Positions 36,700 to 48,995 of a stretch of DNA of 64,000 bases are shown here, piece by piece. The stretch is taken from the NCBI GenBank assembly GCA_013239625.1, contig MU055008.1:1849357-1913356 (forward strand), given 5' to 3'. The stretch comes from Lama guanicoe (taxonomy: Eukaryota). The position numbers were made by a program, and so were the translations under genes. Numbering within the stretch: the stretch's first letter is position 1; each line of letters opens with the position of its first letter. The notes beneath the pieces are model-generated. The model saw only the letters and a list, made by a program, of their open reading frames with translations, made no database searches and was not told the origin of the DNA.

Positions 36700-36842
36700 C
36701 TTTCTTTTTTCATTTTTCTTTATTTTGGGGGGGTAATTAGGTTTATTTATTTATTTATTTTTAGAGGCGGTACTGGGGATTGAACCCAGGACCCGGTGCA
36801 TGCTGAGCATGCGCTCTACCATTTGAGCTCTGCCAACCCCCC
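36700..36842 (-). mobile_element. vic-1-type tRNA-Ala SINE
   Basis: 'ggtaattaggtttatttattt...gtactggggattgaacccaggacc...gcatgctgagcatgcgctctacca'. Confidence 0.9.
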
Positions 36843-36845
36843 ACC

Positions 36846-37072
36846 ATTTTTATTTTTTAATTGAAGTATAGTCAGTTACAATGTGTCAGTTTCTGGTGTA
36901 CAACATGTTTCAGTTATACATACATATATATATATGCACACACACATATTCATTTTCATATTATTCTTCATTGTAGATTACTACAAGATATTGAATACAG
37001 TTCCCTGTGCTATACAGAAATTTCTTTTTAAATCTGTTTTATATATAATAGTTAATATTTGCAAATCTCGAA
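36846..37072 (-). mobile_element. L1 extreme 3' end (SINE sits next to its A-tail)
   Basis: 'ttttaattgaagtatagtcagttacaatgtgtc...ctacaagatattgaatacagttccctgtgctatacag'. Confidence 0.9.
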
Positions 37073-39079
37073 CTCAGAGGGGCACTTTCTGCAGCCTCGT
37101 GGGTACCAAATGCGTCCAGCAATGTGGTCTGCAGTCACAGGGAGTCTTCTGTTACCTAGACCCCCAGACACAGGACAACAGGCAGAGGGGTCTCCTGGTG
37201 GCCTTGAGCAGGGCCTGTGTAGACTTCCCATCCGTGTCTCACACTGTGTGGCTCCCTGGGCTGTATCCATAATTGCTCCTGGGACCCACTCATCTAATTC
37301 AGAAGGAAGAGCTGCCCCAGACAGGTCCCCTGTGTCAACGCATTTACAGAAAGGTTCTGCTTAGCACAATAGGAACCAGTGGGACCAAATTTGGTGCCTG
37401 ATTTTAGAGTCTTCTTTAACTGTCTTTCTATCCCTCCTGCATGGTTTCAGTAATTTAGGCATCTGCAGATGTTCACCAGGTTTGCTGGAGAGGTGGGGGC
37501 GGTGGTGGAGGGGAGGTTGGAGGGACAAGCTCTTTTGTCATCTAAGAAGGTTTCCTTCAGGTGGTAAAAACGTTTCCCTTTATAATGGCTAATCGCCAAG
37601 GTTAAGGACGTGGCCACAATTAGCTGGAGGAATGTGACATGTGGGAACACCCAGGGAAGAATAAAGAGCCGGTTGCAGAGGTTGGGTAGGGATTATCTGC
37701 GCCTACTGGCTGGCGGCCCCTGGGGTGGGTGGATGGCACCACGGGAGTGGCTTCATGGAGGCCAACCTTCGGGCTATGAAATGCAATTTTGAAAAGATAA
37801 TTGCACCATAATGCTGCTTAAATTTATTTCAAGAGCTTGTAAACCTGCTCACTCACTGTGCTGGAGGCTCTGCTCCATGTAGACATAAATAAATGTGGTT
37901 TTTTGGCAAGAAATGTCACCATCAATTACATAAATGGTCTAGTCTGTGTCCCTCTCTCTGGATTGCTCAGTTGGGGAGCAGTGGATTTATCGGTAGCTTG
38001 GATCCTTCCATCACTAAGAGGCCAAAGGAGTGACAAGGTGGTCCTGAGAAAGGTGACTGTGCCTCCCTGGGTACCACGTCTGCCAGGGAGCACCCCCGCT
38101 GGTAAACGGCCATGATGCTCGATGAAGTCAAGGCTGCTTCTCAAATGTTAGTGTCCCCCAGATTCACCTGAAGAGACTGTGAAATGCAGCTTCCTGGCCC
38201 CTGGAGGCTTCTTTCTTTGAGCACCCCAGGTGAAGCCCAGACTGAGGAACCCCAGTGTGGTCCCCAGGGCCGGTTTCCCCCATGTGAAACCATCTGAGAG
38301 GGAACACAATAGCTCCCCCATGCTTTTGACCCCCCAACACCAGTATTATGATTGATGTGAAAATGGGATCTGTCCTGAGAAAGGTTCAACCTCAAGGTGA
38401 ATTAAGGGCTAAAAGAAATACAAAGGGCCAGCTATGAAGCCAGCTGCTGTTAACAGCTTCAAGCTCCCTATAAACACTTGCCTTTGCTTGGATCTGAAGG
38501 TGTTCCCTTCATCTGGTTCACTGCATCACTATTCACTGAGCACTTCCAAGTGCCAGGTGCGGGTGACTGAGGGGTGAGCAGACCGAGCCCCCAACCTGCC
38601 TTCATGGAGCCTGCAGTCCAGGGGATGGGATCCTGTCCCGAAAACACCGATCGCTTTGTTTTCCTTTCCATGCATCCTACCTCTCTCTTCAACCCAGATA
38701 TCCATTGTCTTGCATCCATTGTGTTGCAGAGTGCAACATCTCATATGACTCTTGAAGTTCATGGTCTTAGAATGCAGGGTTTCTGATCCAAAACGATGCG
38801 TTCCATACTGAAGTCATGCAGGAACTCAGTGGAGTGCCCATCTGGTGGGACAAGATGTGACACCGCAAAAACTGGGCTCCTGGAGGAAACTCCCCACCCC
38901 AGCCCCGTCTTGAGGGCTAAACCAAAGTGAAGTGTGTCCTAAAAGGAGTGAGGGAGGACCGTCGCTCTGAAAACCAAGCCCCAGTTTTGGTCAGTCCAAA
39001 CATAGCACCAGTGTTGAGCATCAGAAAGGTCAAGCTGGGATGTCCCCTTTATCTCATGGTGGCTTCTTACCTGGGCCAG

Positions 39080-39167
39080 TCTGTCCACTGCCTCCAAACC
39101 AGCCCCAGCATCCCGGTACCCTCTCTGTCCACTGCCTCCAAACCAGCCCCAGCATCCCGGTACCCTC
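39080..39167. repeat. perfect 44-bp tandem duplication
   Basis: tctgtccactgcctccaaaccagccccagcatcccggtaccctc x2 (39080-39123, 39124-39167). Confidence 0.97.
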
Positions 39168-40167
39168 TAGCCTAGTTCTGATGGTTCTTGGTGTGAACAC
39201 CTCTGAGAATTCAGAGTCAGACTGGTTGTAGTTGCATCATAAACCCAAAGCCTCGACTCTGAATGTAAGCAGTGTAATAAAGACCAGGAAAAGTAAGGGC
39301 AGAGACTGACGCCCCACTGTGCACAGGGCATCCTTAGACAGCCGAGCCAGGTGAGGGCAGCTTTGCTGGTTTGGGGAATCAGCCCTCTCCCTGGGGAATA
39401 GGATCAGGGCTGCACCTTGGCTTCCTGGAAGCCCCATCGGCTGGGGAGGCCGAGTGACGGGGACTCATGCCTTCCCCACCCCCTCACTCTCTCCTTTCTC
39501 CCAAGTGTGGACACACCACCGACCAGGCCTGGACACTGTCATGATTGTCCAGACTCAGGGCCACCTGACCCCCTCTGAGCTCTTACCCACGTGGTTCCCC
39601 TCACCCAGAGCCACCTCCCCCTGCGCATCCCATCACTTGTTCACAAAGTCTCACTGAGATGCCTCCACCTTCCGTCAAACTTTCCCAACCGCACCTTTGA
39701 ATTCCTGTGCCCTTCGGGCGTGTACCTTGCTTTTAGGTTTGGATTGACACAGCGATTTTCCTGCTTGACTCATAGGAAAGGATTTCACTGAACTCCCTCA
39801 TTTCCCTTCGAAGGTCTGAACCCGACCTGGGGAAACACTCAGCAGAAGGACTACCCTGTGCTTCTTCACTTGCCTTGGGACGCAGGACAGCAAGAGGCTG
39901 TTGTAGACGCGGGGCTGGGTGCAGAGTGCACGGCAGAATACGGTCCACTGTGTCGGCTCAAACTGGGCGGTGAACATGGTGACATAGTGAGAGAAGTAAA
40001 ATCCGGCACTTTACAGTGTGAGCTGCCCACATTACCGAGGGTAACAATAACAGAAGAATGTTTTTAAAGGCTACTATTTTTTTAATTCCCCAATGCACCA
40101 GGAAATTTATATACATATATATTTGACTCTTTCAATAGCCTGGCAGCACTCATCCAACCGTTATCCT

Positions 40168-40228
40168 CACCACCACCACCATCATCACCACCACCACCAC
40201 CACCACCACTGTCACCATCCTCACCACC
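40168..40228. repeat. imperfect (CCA)n tract within or next to an antisense MIR (to about 40335)
   Basis: caccaccaccaccatcatcaccacc..., followed by MIR-like 'tgacttgccagaggtcccacagct'. Confidence 0.85.
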
Positions 40229-41404
40229 ATTATTTTGCAGTTGGGATGACCAAGGTTTAGGAAGATGGAATGACTTGCCAGAGGTCCCACAGCTCGTTAG
40301 GGTCAGAGCCAGCATCTCAACTCAGGTCTTCAAATCCATGCTTTACCCAAATACCCTAAAACTGCTTTGTAAAAATAGTAATTATATGATTTATTTTTAA
40401 ATGGATTAAATGGTTTTCCATTCACTATCTTGTCTGAAATAAAAAGGAGATTTTAGAAGTTATTTTTACACAGGTAATACCAGTCAAATCTTGTGAAAAC
40501 CCCCGGTTCCCACCTGGCTGCCCACTGGGACCACCTGGAGATTAAGTCTGGTTAAAACCAGACTCTGATTTCTAGATGTGAGGTCTTCATCTTCCAGGTG
40601 ATCGTGATGGCCAGACTCAGGGCCTCCACTGATTTGGGATGTGATTTGTCCCTCAAAACCCACATAACTAGGCTGACCCTTTCTTCTCAGAGGGCTACTG
40701 GTGGTGAGCTCCATGGCCCATGGGGAGTAGGGCCCTACTAACTCCCTGGGGTTCCGCTGGGGGGCCCGATGTCCTGGAACCCACTCTTTTGGGAATTTGC
40801 CTGGAGCCCTGACTCCAGGGAGATGCCTCTTCCCACCTCTACCTTCTCTCTCTTTCTTAAAAAAAAGCTTTTTTGTTTCATATGTTACCAGTCTGTTAAT
40901 ACTTCCTTACTCCTACACTTTCACGGGTGGAGGAAATGCATGTGGGAAGAGGATTCTAGAACAGGAGTAAGAGACCCTGGCCTTGCACCCAGACCCAAAT
41001 CCTTATAATCCACATGGCCTCAACAAAGCCACTTCTGAACGCCCTACTTCCACATGCCTATCCTGCCAAATCCACAGGGTCACACAGCTCCCGAGAATCA
41101 TAGAGTCCTTTGAGAACTATAAGGCCTAATACAATGAACAGTGGGGTTAGAGGCAACGTGGCCATGGGCCTGGCATGGCTTGAGGTCATAGATGGGGGTG
41201 ACCAGACCCCCTGGCTTGCCTGGTTCACACTAGCGACCCTTCAACTCTCACAACTGATAAAAGATTCAGTGAACTTCAACATAAGCCCCAAGCCTTGAGC
41301 TGTGGGGCAAATCACTGAATCTCTGTCTTAACTTCCTACTTTATAAAACAGGGATCATGACTTATGCATTTAGACGCATATTTTGAATGTCAAAAGAGAT
41401 TACA

Positions 41405-42527
41405 GAAGTAAGCTTGTATCGCTATAAACTTCCCTCTGAGAACTGCTTTTGCTGTGTCCCATAGGTTGTGGATTGTTGTGTATTCATTTTCATTTGTCTC
41501 TAAGCATTTTTTGATTTCCTCCTTGACTTCTTCAGTGATCCATTGGTTTAGTAGCATATTGTTCAGCCTCTACATGTTTGTGTTTTTTGTAATACTTTTT
41601 CTTATAGTTGATTTCTAATCTCGTAGCATAGTNNNNNNNNNNNNNNNNNNNNNNNNNNNNNNNNNNNNNNNNNNNNNNNNNNNNNNNNNNNNNNNNNNNN
41701 NNNNNNNNNNNNNNNNNNNNNNNNNNNNNNNNNNNNNNNNNNNNNNNNNNNNNNNNNNNNNNNNNNNNNNNNNNNNNNNNNNNNNNNNNNNNNNNNNNNN
41801 NNNNNATGTGTCATTTAAGGCCTGAGTTTCCTTACTGATTTTCTGTCTGGATGATGTAAGTGGGGTGTTAAGGTCCCTCACTGTTATTGTGTTACTATCA
41901 ATTTCTCCTTTTAATAGCCAANNNNNNNNNNNNNNNNNNNNNNNNNNNNNNNNNNNNNNNNNNNNNNNNNNNNNNNNNNNNNNNNNNNNNNNNNNNNNNN
42001 NNNNNNNNNNNNNNNNNNNNNNNNNNNNNNNNNNNNNNNNNNNNNNNNNNNNNNNNNNNNNNNNNNNNNNNNNNNNNNNNNNNNNNNNNNNNNNNNNNNN
42101 NNNNNNNNNNNNNNNNNNNNNNNNGTGACATAGGTCAAACAGAGAAAGACAAATGTCATAAGATATCACTTAAATGTAGAATCTAAAAAGAAAAATAAAA
42201 CAAATTCTATTTACAAACCAAAAACAGACTCACGGACATAGAAAACAAACTATGATTACCAAAGGGGAAAGGGTGGGGAGGGGTAAATTAGGGTTTGGGG
42301 ATTAACAGACAGACGTCACTATATATAAAATAGATAAACAACAAGGAGATACTGTACAGCATAGGGAACTACATTCAATTTCTTGTAATAACATATAATG
42401 GAAAAGAACCTGAAAAGAAAAAAATATATATGTATGTGTACGTATAACTGAATCATTTTGCCATACACCTGAAATTAACATTGTAAATCGACTACAATTC
42501 AAGAAAAATGTTTTTAAAAATTAAAAA
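41405..42527 (+). mobile_element. L1 with an inverted 5' segment (endonuclease region on -, 3' end on +), interrupting a MIR; contains gaps 41633-41805 and 41922-42124
   Basis: Minus strand encodes ORF2 endonuclease-region peptides (KGEIDSNTITVRDLNTPLT; [17 protein letters not shown]); 42125-42527 is a + strand L1 3' end; flanked by aaaagagattaca and aaaagcgattcca. Confidence 0.8.
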
Positions 42528-43744
42528 AAAAGCGATTCCAATTGAGAGCTCTCTATAAGCTGGAAAACAATCACATAAATAGTGGACGTTACTGGTGCTC
42601 AGTCCAGGTGGTGCGAAGTTGGGTGGCACCATTCCGTGTAAGCTCTGGAATCTGGTTCTTTGCCAGGAGCTGTCCCTTCCCTCCTTTGACTCCTCCGTCC
42701 CCTGGTCCAAGAGCCCCTTTGCTTCCCCAGTTACCTTGTCTGAAAACGAGAGGACTGGCGTCTGGATTTCTGAGCTGCCTCCCAGGGTTGACATTCTGTG
42801 ATTTCATGATTCTTAAGAATGTTCGGCCCGCTGGTATGGGCTGGCCTGTTTTCTTAAGAGCAAAGAAAGCCAGACAACCTAAACATGAAATCCAACCCCA
42901 GCAATGAATTACATGGACTTTGAAAACAGCATTAAGCAGAATGGTTATGTCTAATACAGAGCCTACCAGCCTTGCCAGGGCCTGGTAACCCGAGTCAGAT
43001 GTCTGAACTTGATAGACACCTGCAGGTACAGTTACGGCTTTTAATCCACCAGGCTGTGTTGTTGAGGCTGCTGGAGAGCATTCAATAGCTTTCTTTAAAA
43101 GCCTTGCGTTATATGACTGTTTTCCCAAGCAGAATTGCTGTGTTGCAGACAACTGGCTTCAGCGCCTCGGCCTCTGGTAGAGGGCTTTTTGGACCTGGGT
43201 TTGTCTTGCTTTTGTCGAGTTTCTGTGCAATCTCTGGGATGTCTCCTGGCAATTAAGTAATGTTGTAGTATGTCCTTGGGGATCATGTTGGGGTTCTCCC
43301 TTGCATTGGACGATGAGATTACTGGAGGGAATCTGGCTAGAAGATTTACAGGTGGAATCTGAGGCTGCAGGCTTCTCAGAACCTGGGCTCCAGACAGAAA
43401 TAATGGAAATAAGAGAGAGAGAGAGAGAGAAGCTCTTTATATTCAGGCCAGCCATCCTAGGGTAGTTCCCACTCTTGGGTCAGCCCTGAGTTCAGGCCCT
43501 GTCTCTCAGGGATGGCCACTCACCCTAAAATAACCCCAGCGCTGCACTTTAGCTCTCTCTTTCCCACTGACCCTTGTCCTCAGGCTCACAGTTTCTACCC
43601 CAAGCAGCTGTACTGAGATATTTTGCTAAACAGAGATAGCCACTTCCCTAAAAGCTATGCTGGTAACTTTAAGATAGTACATTTTTGGAAGTGCATGAGA
43701 CACGAGTTGGCTGTTGGATGGGACTTTAATGTCACGTTTATTTG

Positions 43745-44020
43745 TCTGATCAATATTTATTAAGCATCTGCTCTTCTGGGGACAGAAAGATGGCTAGGCC
43801 CACACTCGCCGTGCTCCAGGAGCTTTTAGTCTCATAAGAGAGACAGTCCTCAGTGAGCAGCGTGGACTTGCAGAGCAGCGCATCTGTCGTGTGATAGGGA
43901 GGTGGGGCATGGGGCTTGAAATTTCCGACTGGGAGTCAGGGAAGACTTTGCCAGAGGAACTAGCCTTTAGCTAGATTTAAAAGACGTTGGAAATGTAGAA
44001 ATGGAGGGAAGAGAAGGGAG
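43745..44020 (-). mobile_element. L2 3' fragment
   Basis: 'caatatttattaagcatctg...ctccaggagcttttagtct...gtcagggaagacttt'. Confidence 0.6.
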
Positions 44021-44089
44021 AGGTGGAGTTCACAGACTCATCCGAGGCTCAGAGGCAGCGCCATAGACAGACATCAGAAGATGTGTTGG

Positions 44090-44432
44090 GGTGAAAGGAG
44101 TGGGTAGCCTTCCAGTTTCTTGGCGCTTGGGAGTGATCCCTGCCACCCAAAGAACAAGAAAAAAGCTCAACCAACTGCAAACCAACAACCAGATCCAGAG
44201 ACCCTGGGAGCAGATATGCATGAGCAAAAACCTCTCCGGAATGAGTGTTCGGTCCTTTTACCCGACACAACATGTCTAGCTTTCAAAAAAAAATTACAAG
44301 GCATAGTAAAGACAAAAAGGAGTTCAAAGAGATGGAACATGCATCAGAACTTGACTCAGCTGTGGCAGAGATGTTGCAATCGTCAGGGCAGGAATTTGAA
44401 ACGATGGTTAAGATGCTACAGGCTCTAATGCA
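44090..44432 (+). mobile_element. old L1 (L1M4-like) 5' region with ORF1 N-terminus relic
   Basis: Translates MSSFQKKITRHSK...ASELDSAVAEMLQSSGQEFETMVKMLQALM, resembling the start of old L1 ORF1p. Confidence 0.7.
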
Positions 44433-45794
44433 CCAAGCGGAAGGAACGGAGCCTCGCGTGCGGGCCGGACCGTGGGGGCACTGAGTGTGGGCGTGCGCAC
44501 GTGTCTGCCCTCATTGTTCCCAAAAGAATGCCCCCCTCTGCTCTGTCCTCATGGCTGCCTGAGACCGGCCAGGTCTGAGCTCTTCTAAACCACCGATTCT
44601 CTCTGGGTCCTTGTCCGGCGACCCCAGTGCCCAGGCTGGCAAGAACAACAAACACATAAAAAACGCCTGCTGGCCTCACCGGTGTGTGAAGTCAGGATTC
44701 AGCTGAGGTCTGGCTTCCTGGAGCTGAGGACAGAAAAGAGGGCTTGGTGACAGCAGCATGATGCAAACAATGACTTTCTGTTGTTTGAGCAGAAGGATGT
44801 CAGAGCAGATCATCCTTCCTTCCTTCCTGCTTTTCAATCATTCACTTGTCCCAGGCTGAGTTAGTACGTCACCTACTCTCTTAGCCATGATGAGAACAGC
44901 CCAGCAATCAAGGCAATACTAGGAAGATGGAGACTAGGCCATAAAGGGGTGTGGGCAGGTATCCATGGGGAGATTAGGGGGTTCAGCGGGAGAAGAGGCT
45001 AGTGAGTCTTGGGTCCAGAGGAAGGCCAGTCCGTCCCCTTCGAGGGGATGTTCATTTTGCCTCCCCAGACTCCTTCCCTGTCTCCTGATGTCAGACCCTC
45101 CCCTCGCCCTTGACCACAGGGTAGGTGGGCTTGGACCCACTTGTCTGTGAGGGCGGATTCAGATGGAGTGACACCACCAGACATAAGGGTGGCAAAGGAA
45201 CCGGCAGCCAATGGAATCTCTCCCCACATTTCTCTCTAAAGACATCCCTGACTCCAGCATTTCAATGGGGAATTTAATAGAGTCCCAGCCCTTGCAGTGA
45301 GAGCTTTTAAAGTCAAGCCGACAAATGCATTTGCACGCCCACTGCAAGGCAGAGCTGGGTCCTCATGCTTTAGGTTTTTGCTTAAAAAAAAGCAGAGGTG
45401 CTGCCTTGCATTACATCATTTCCATCAGACTGAAATGAGAGCCACAACAAAAATGCATTTTTTTTGTACAGCCTCCAAGAGCAAGGGGAGCCCCTCCTCC
45501 CAGCTGGTCCTGCCTGCGCTGAGCCCCTCACTGGCTGAATTCGGAAAGTGCGTTTGGTTTTGGGGTGACATGCATCTGCCACTCACTAGCTGTTTGATCT
45601 TCAGCGAGTGACGTACGTTTTCTGAGTCTCTGCTTCCTCCTCTGTGATGAGGTCCCCAAATGCCCACTTCCAGGGTTACCATGCAGATGAGCCATAGCAG
45701 CCCGTTTCTGACAGTCCCCTTGGCCAGCACCAGGCTGAGCCTTTCACATCTGCTGACCCGTCAGATCCCTGTGACCATCCCAGGAGCTAGCTTG

Positions 45795-45940
45795 GTTATT
45801 GTCCCCTGTGGACAGAAGCAGACGCTGAGGCACTTCCCTGAGGAGGACCTGGCCCGAGGTCACACAGGTCTAAGTGGTGGAGCTGGGACTTAACCTCAGC
45901 AATCCAGCTCCAGTGGATGCGCTCACCTCTTTGCCACGCC
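45795..45940 (-). mobile_element. MIR
   Basis: 'gacctggcccgaggtcacacag...agtggtggagctgggacttaacc'. Confidence 0.7.
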
Positions 45941-46789
45941 TCCTCTTGTAGGGCGAGCGCCCACCGGGTGAGCAGTACCTGGGATGGAGCTGACACCGTT
46001 CATTTCACTTTCTCAGTGTACATGGAAACTTTCTGTAGCCCAGCCCGGACACAAAGCACGTTCTCCAAAGGCTAACGTCAGCCCTGTGAGCCCTGTGCTG
46101 CGTGAGTCTCAGGGTGGGCTGCGGTGGGGTTACAGGTAAAGAGAGTGCAGGACACTGTCTAGAGAGTGGCTTTCGTTTCTGTGTCCACAAAACGGGCATA
46201 GGAGCCGTCAGTGGCACTTTTACAGTGACCAAGGACGCCCCTGGGCAAGACAGAATCTTGACCGTCTAACACTGCTTCTTCATTTCTGTCTGAAACAGGC
46301 TTGGGCCAATCCAGCTCCTGTTCTACAGGCCGAAGGAGAGACTACGGCAAAACTACTGAGAGGAACGAATGAAGAACTGGGAGAGTAAGTGACACAAAAA
46401 TCCAAGATCAGATCTTTGATCCCGTTTCCCACTCAGCCTCCAAGAGAGACACAGAAGGACATTAGTGAGCACGATTTAAGGGAAAGACGCTGCTGAAATT
46501 GACACAGCCTCTTCGGTTCAGATGAAACGGAATCCTTGGTACCCTCATCCATCACTGGCCCCAGCCAGGAACCTCCAGGTCTGGACACATGGCCTGTCTG
46601 TTAAGGGCTGTTCCAAGGCTCCGTCCTGCAATTCCCGCCTATGTGAGTCAAGGTCAAGGCTGACCTCACGTGAAGCCCGGTCTGTGAAGAAGTCAGTATT
46701 AAGTCGGGTGAAAGCTTCCCCTGGTCTCCCAGGAAGAAAGGGTTTGTGACAGACAAGTAGATGCTACCCTTCTTCCCCGCTGGTTTTGA

Positions 46790-46990
46790 AGTAGGCGTGT
46801 AGACGGGCTGGTGGTCCAGAAAGCAGACCTTGGGCTGCCCGGGGCTGTTGCTGTTGGTTGTATGACCTCGCGCGGGTCACTGAACCTCCCTAAACCTCAG
46901 TTTGCTCATCAACCAAAAGCGACAGTTACTGTGGGTAGTATTGTGGTGATGTGTTGCCGAGTTTTTATTGGGATAAACTAACACTGGGCT
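46790..46990 (+). mobile_element. MIR
   Basis: 'tgtatgacctcg...tcactgaacctccctaaacctcagtttgctcatc'. Confidence 0.7.
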
Positions 46991-47409
46991 GACTCTTTCA
47001 GTGGATGACTAGGCGTGTTTAAATCCCCGCTCAGCTTCCCGTGTTTTCTTCCGAGCGTGACGTCGTGCTCACGGACGGCCTCGGAGGCTGCGTTCTCTGT
47101 AAACCCGACGGGAGCCTAGGGCTGGGCCCAGCCGCACCTGCCCCGCCTCTCCCCTTGCTCCCTGCGGAGGTAGCCCCGTCTGCCTCCCGCGGGCCCCTCC
47201 CTCCTTCTCCCCGGCTCAGCCCGAGGTCTGAGCCTGTTCAACCACAACAATTAGAGGGCTACTTTGTTTTATGGGGAGGCTCAGATTGCTAACTCACTCT
47301 GGGTAATTACAGCGGGGTGGAAGCTGGCGTTGGCTCTCCTAAGGGTTTAGAATTCCAGAATCAACCGGTTAAAGAAGTAACCATTTCTTTATTAAATTCA
47401 CTAAGCTAG

Positions 47410-47715
47410 CCCTGGGTTCTCAGCCCCGGTGCTGCTGGCGTTCTGGGCCGGATCAATCTTTGCCTGGCTGGGGGCTGCCCTGGGCATTGTAGGGTGCTGG
47501 GTGGCCAGCAGCTGGCCCTCCCCCAGGGGTACCAATGGGGAGTGTCTCCAGGGCAGGGTCGGGACGAGGGCAGGCGGGTGAGGTGCCCAGCCTTTGCAGG
47601 ATCTGAGAGAGGACCTTCTGTGTTACCTCCTTGCTTTTTGCTTGCTCGTCCTTTTCCAGACATGGCCACATGCCCCTGGGGCGGGGAGCAAAATTGCCCT
47701 GATTGAGAACCTCTG
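47410..47715. mobile_element. MER20 hAT MITE split by a 108-bp insert
   Basis: Left part 'ggttctcagcc...tgggccggatcaatctttg...gcattgtaggg...tgtctccag'; right part 'ccagacatggccacatgcccctgggg...caaaattgcc...ttgagaacctctg'. Confidence 0.8.
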
Positions 47716-48789
47716 AGCTGGGGGCTTTGTCTCTCTGCAAGAAGGAGGCACTGTGAACCTTTGGCGGGCCCTCGGATCTCTCAGACACCTCAGTGTCTCC
47801 TGACGTTCTCTGCTCTGGTCCAGAGCCACTCTCATGTGGCGTCAGGACATGGGGCCTAGACGCTGAAGGGCCTCATGACCCAGCCAGGACTCAGGCAGGT
47901 ATTTTGATAATCACAAAACAAAGCAGAATGCTGAGAATTGTGGTCCCCAAAGTGACTGCATCTGGACTACGATGCTTTAAGGAGCAGCAAGAGCCATCTC
48001 TTGATTCCTGGTTTGGTCACCTTGGGGTGGGAGAGATCCCGCCTTTCCAACTCACGACCAGAGATGTCCCAGCTGCGTTCACTCCGTCTCCCCGGGGTGG
48101 AGATCTCCTGTAGAGGACCTGACAGCTAACAGAACATCTTTGTTATTCAGCAATGTTGCGAAACATCCCCTCAAAATCTCAAAACCAAAACAAAATCGCT
48201 GAAACGTGAAAAACAACTCTATGTCTTAGGAAAGATGGTGGTTATGAAGTCAAATGCCAGAGAGATTTCTGCCCCAGAAATGAGGAGGAGCACGGGGTTG
48301 CTCGTGACTGGAAGGACGTGCCCCTCAGCCCTGCCCCCTCACCTGTGCTGTGGTTCAGGTGTGGTCACAGGCGGGCCGGGCAGCAGCACAGGCTCCAGAA
48401 TGTCCCCAGAGGAGAGGCTGGGGGAAGAGAAGGCTGAGTTTGAACATCAGGTTGGCACCCTCGTCCTTACATGTCTGTTTCGGATCAATAAAAGGAGCAA
48501 GAAGCTTTTACCCACATTTTCAAAGATGAAAAAACTCAACTCTACATCAAATAATATTATTTTTTTCTTCTCAAGGGGTGGCGTTGAGGTGCTGATGGGA
48601 CGGAAGGCATGGCTAACGCACACGTCCCCCGGCCTCCACAGCTGGATGCTTGGAAGTAACCAGCCACTTCCCTCCTGCAGCGCGGGAGAGGCTGCCCCTG
48701 TGCCTCTCAGCCTGTCCCCTCTGCAAGGCCATGATGAGCAGAAGAGTCCGTTACATCCTGTATTTTCTGCTTACCCCTGACTCCGCAAA

Positions 48790-48995
48790 AGGCACCTGGA
48801 TTATGCCCAAGTCCTATCACTCGACAGCCATGGGTGACCTTGAGCAAGTTCCTTACCCTCTCTAAGCCTACGGCTCCTCACCCATGAAGTGGGTCAGATG
48901 AATCTCCACCCCACAGGGCATTGTTTAGATTCAATAGGGCGCTGCCACAGTGCCTAGCATATTTCAAATGTTCTCACTGCGAAGTTATTATTAGT
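48790..48995 (+). mobile_element. MIR
   Basis: 'gtgaccttgagcaagttccttaccctctctaagcct...acagtgcctagcatat'. Confidence 0.8.

Noticed and set aside
42589-43152. 187-aa minus-strand ORF
   Set aside because: Non-ATG start, no recognisable domain or homology; ORFs of this length arise by chance in GC-rich DNA
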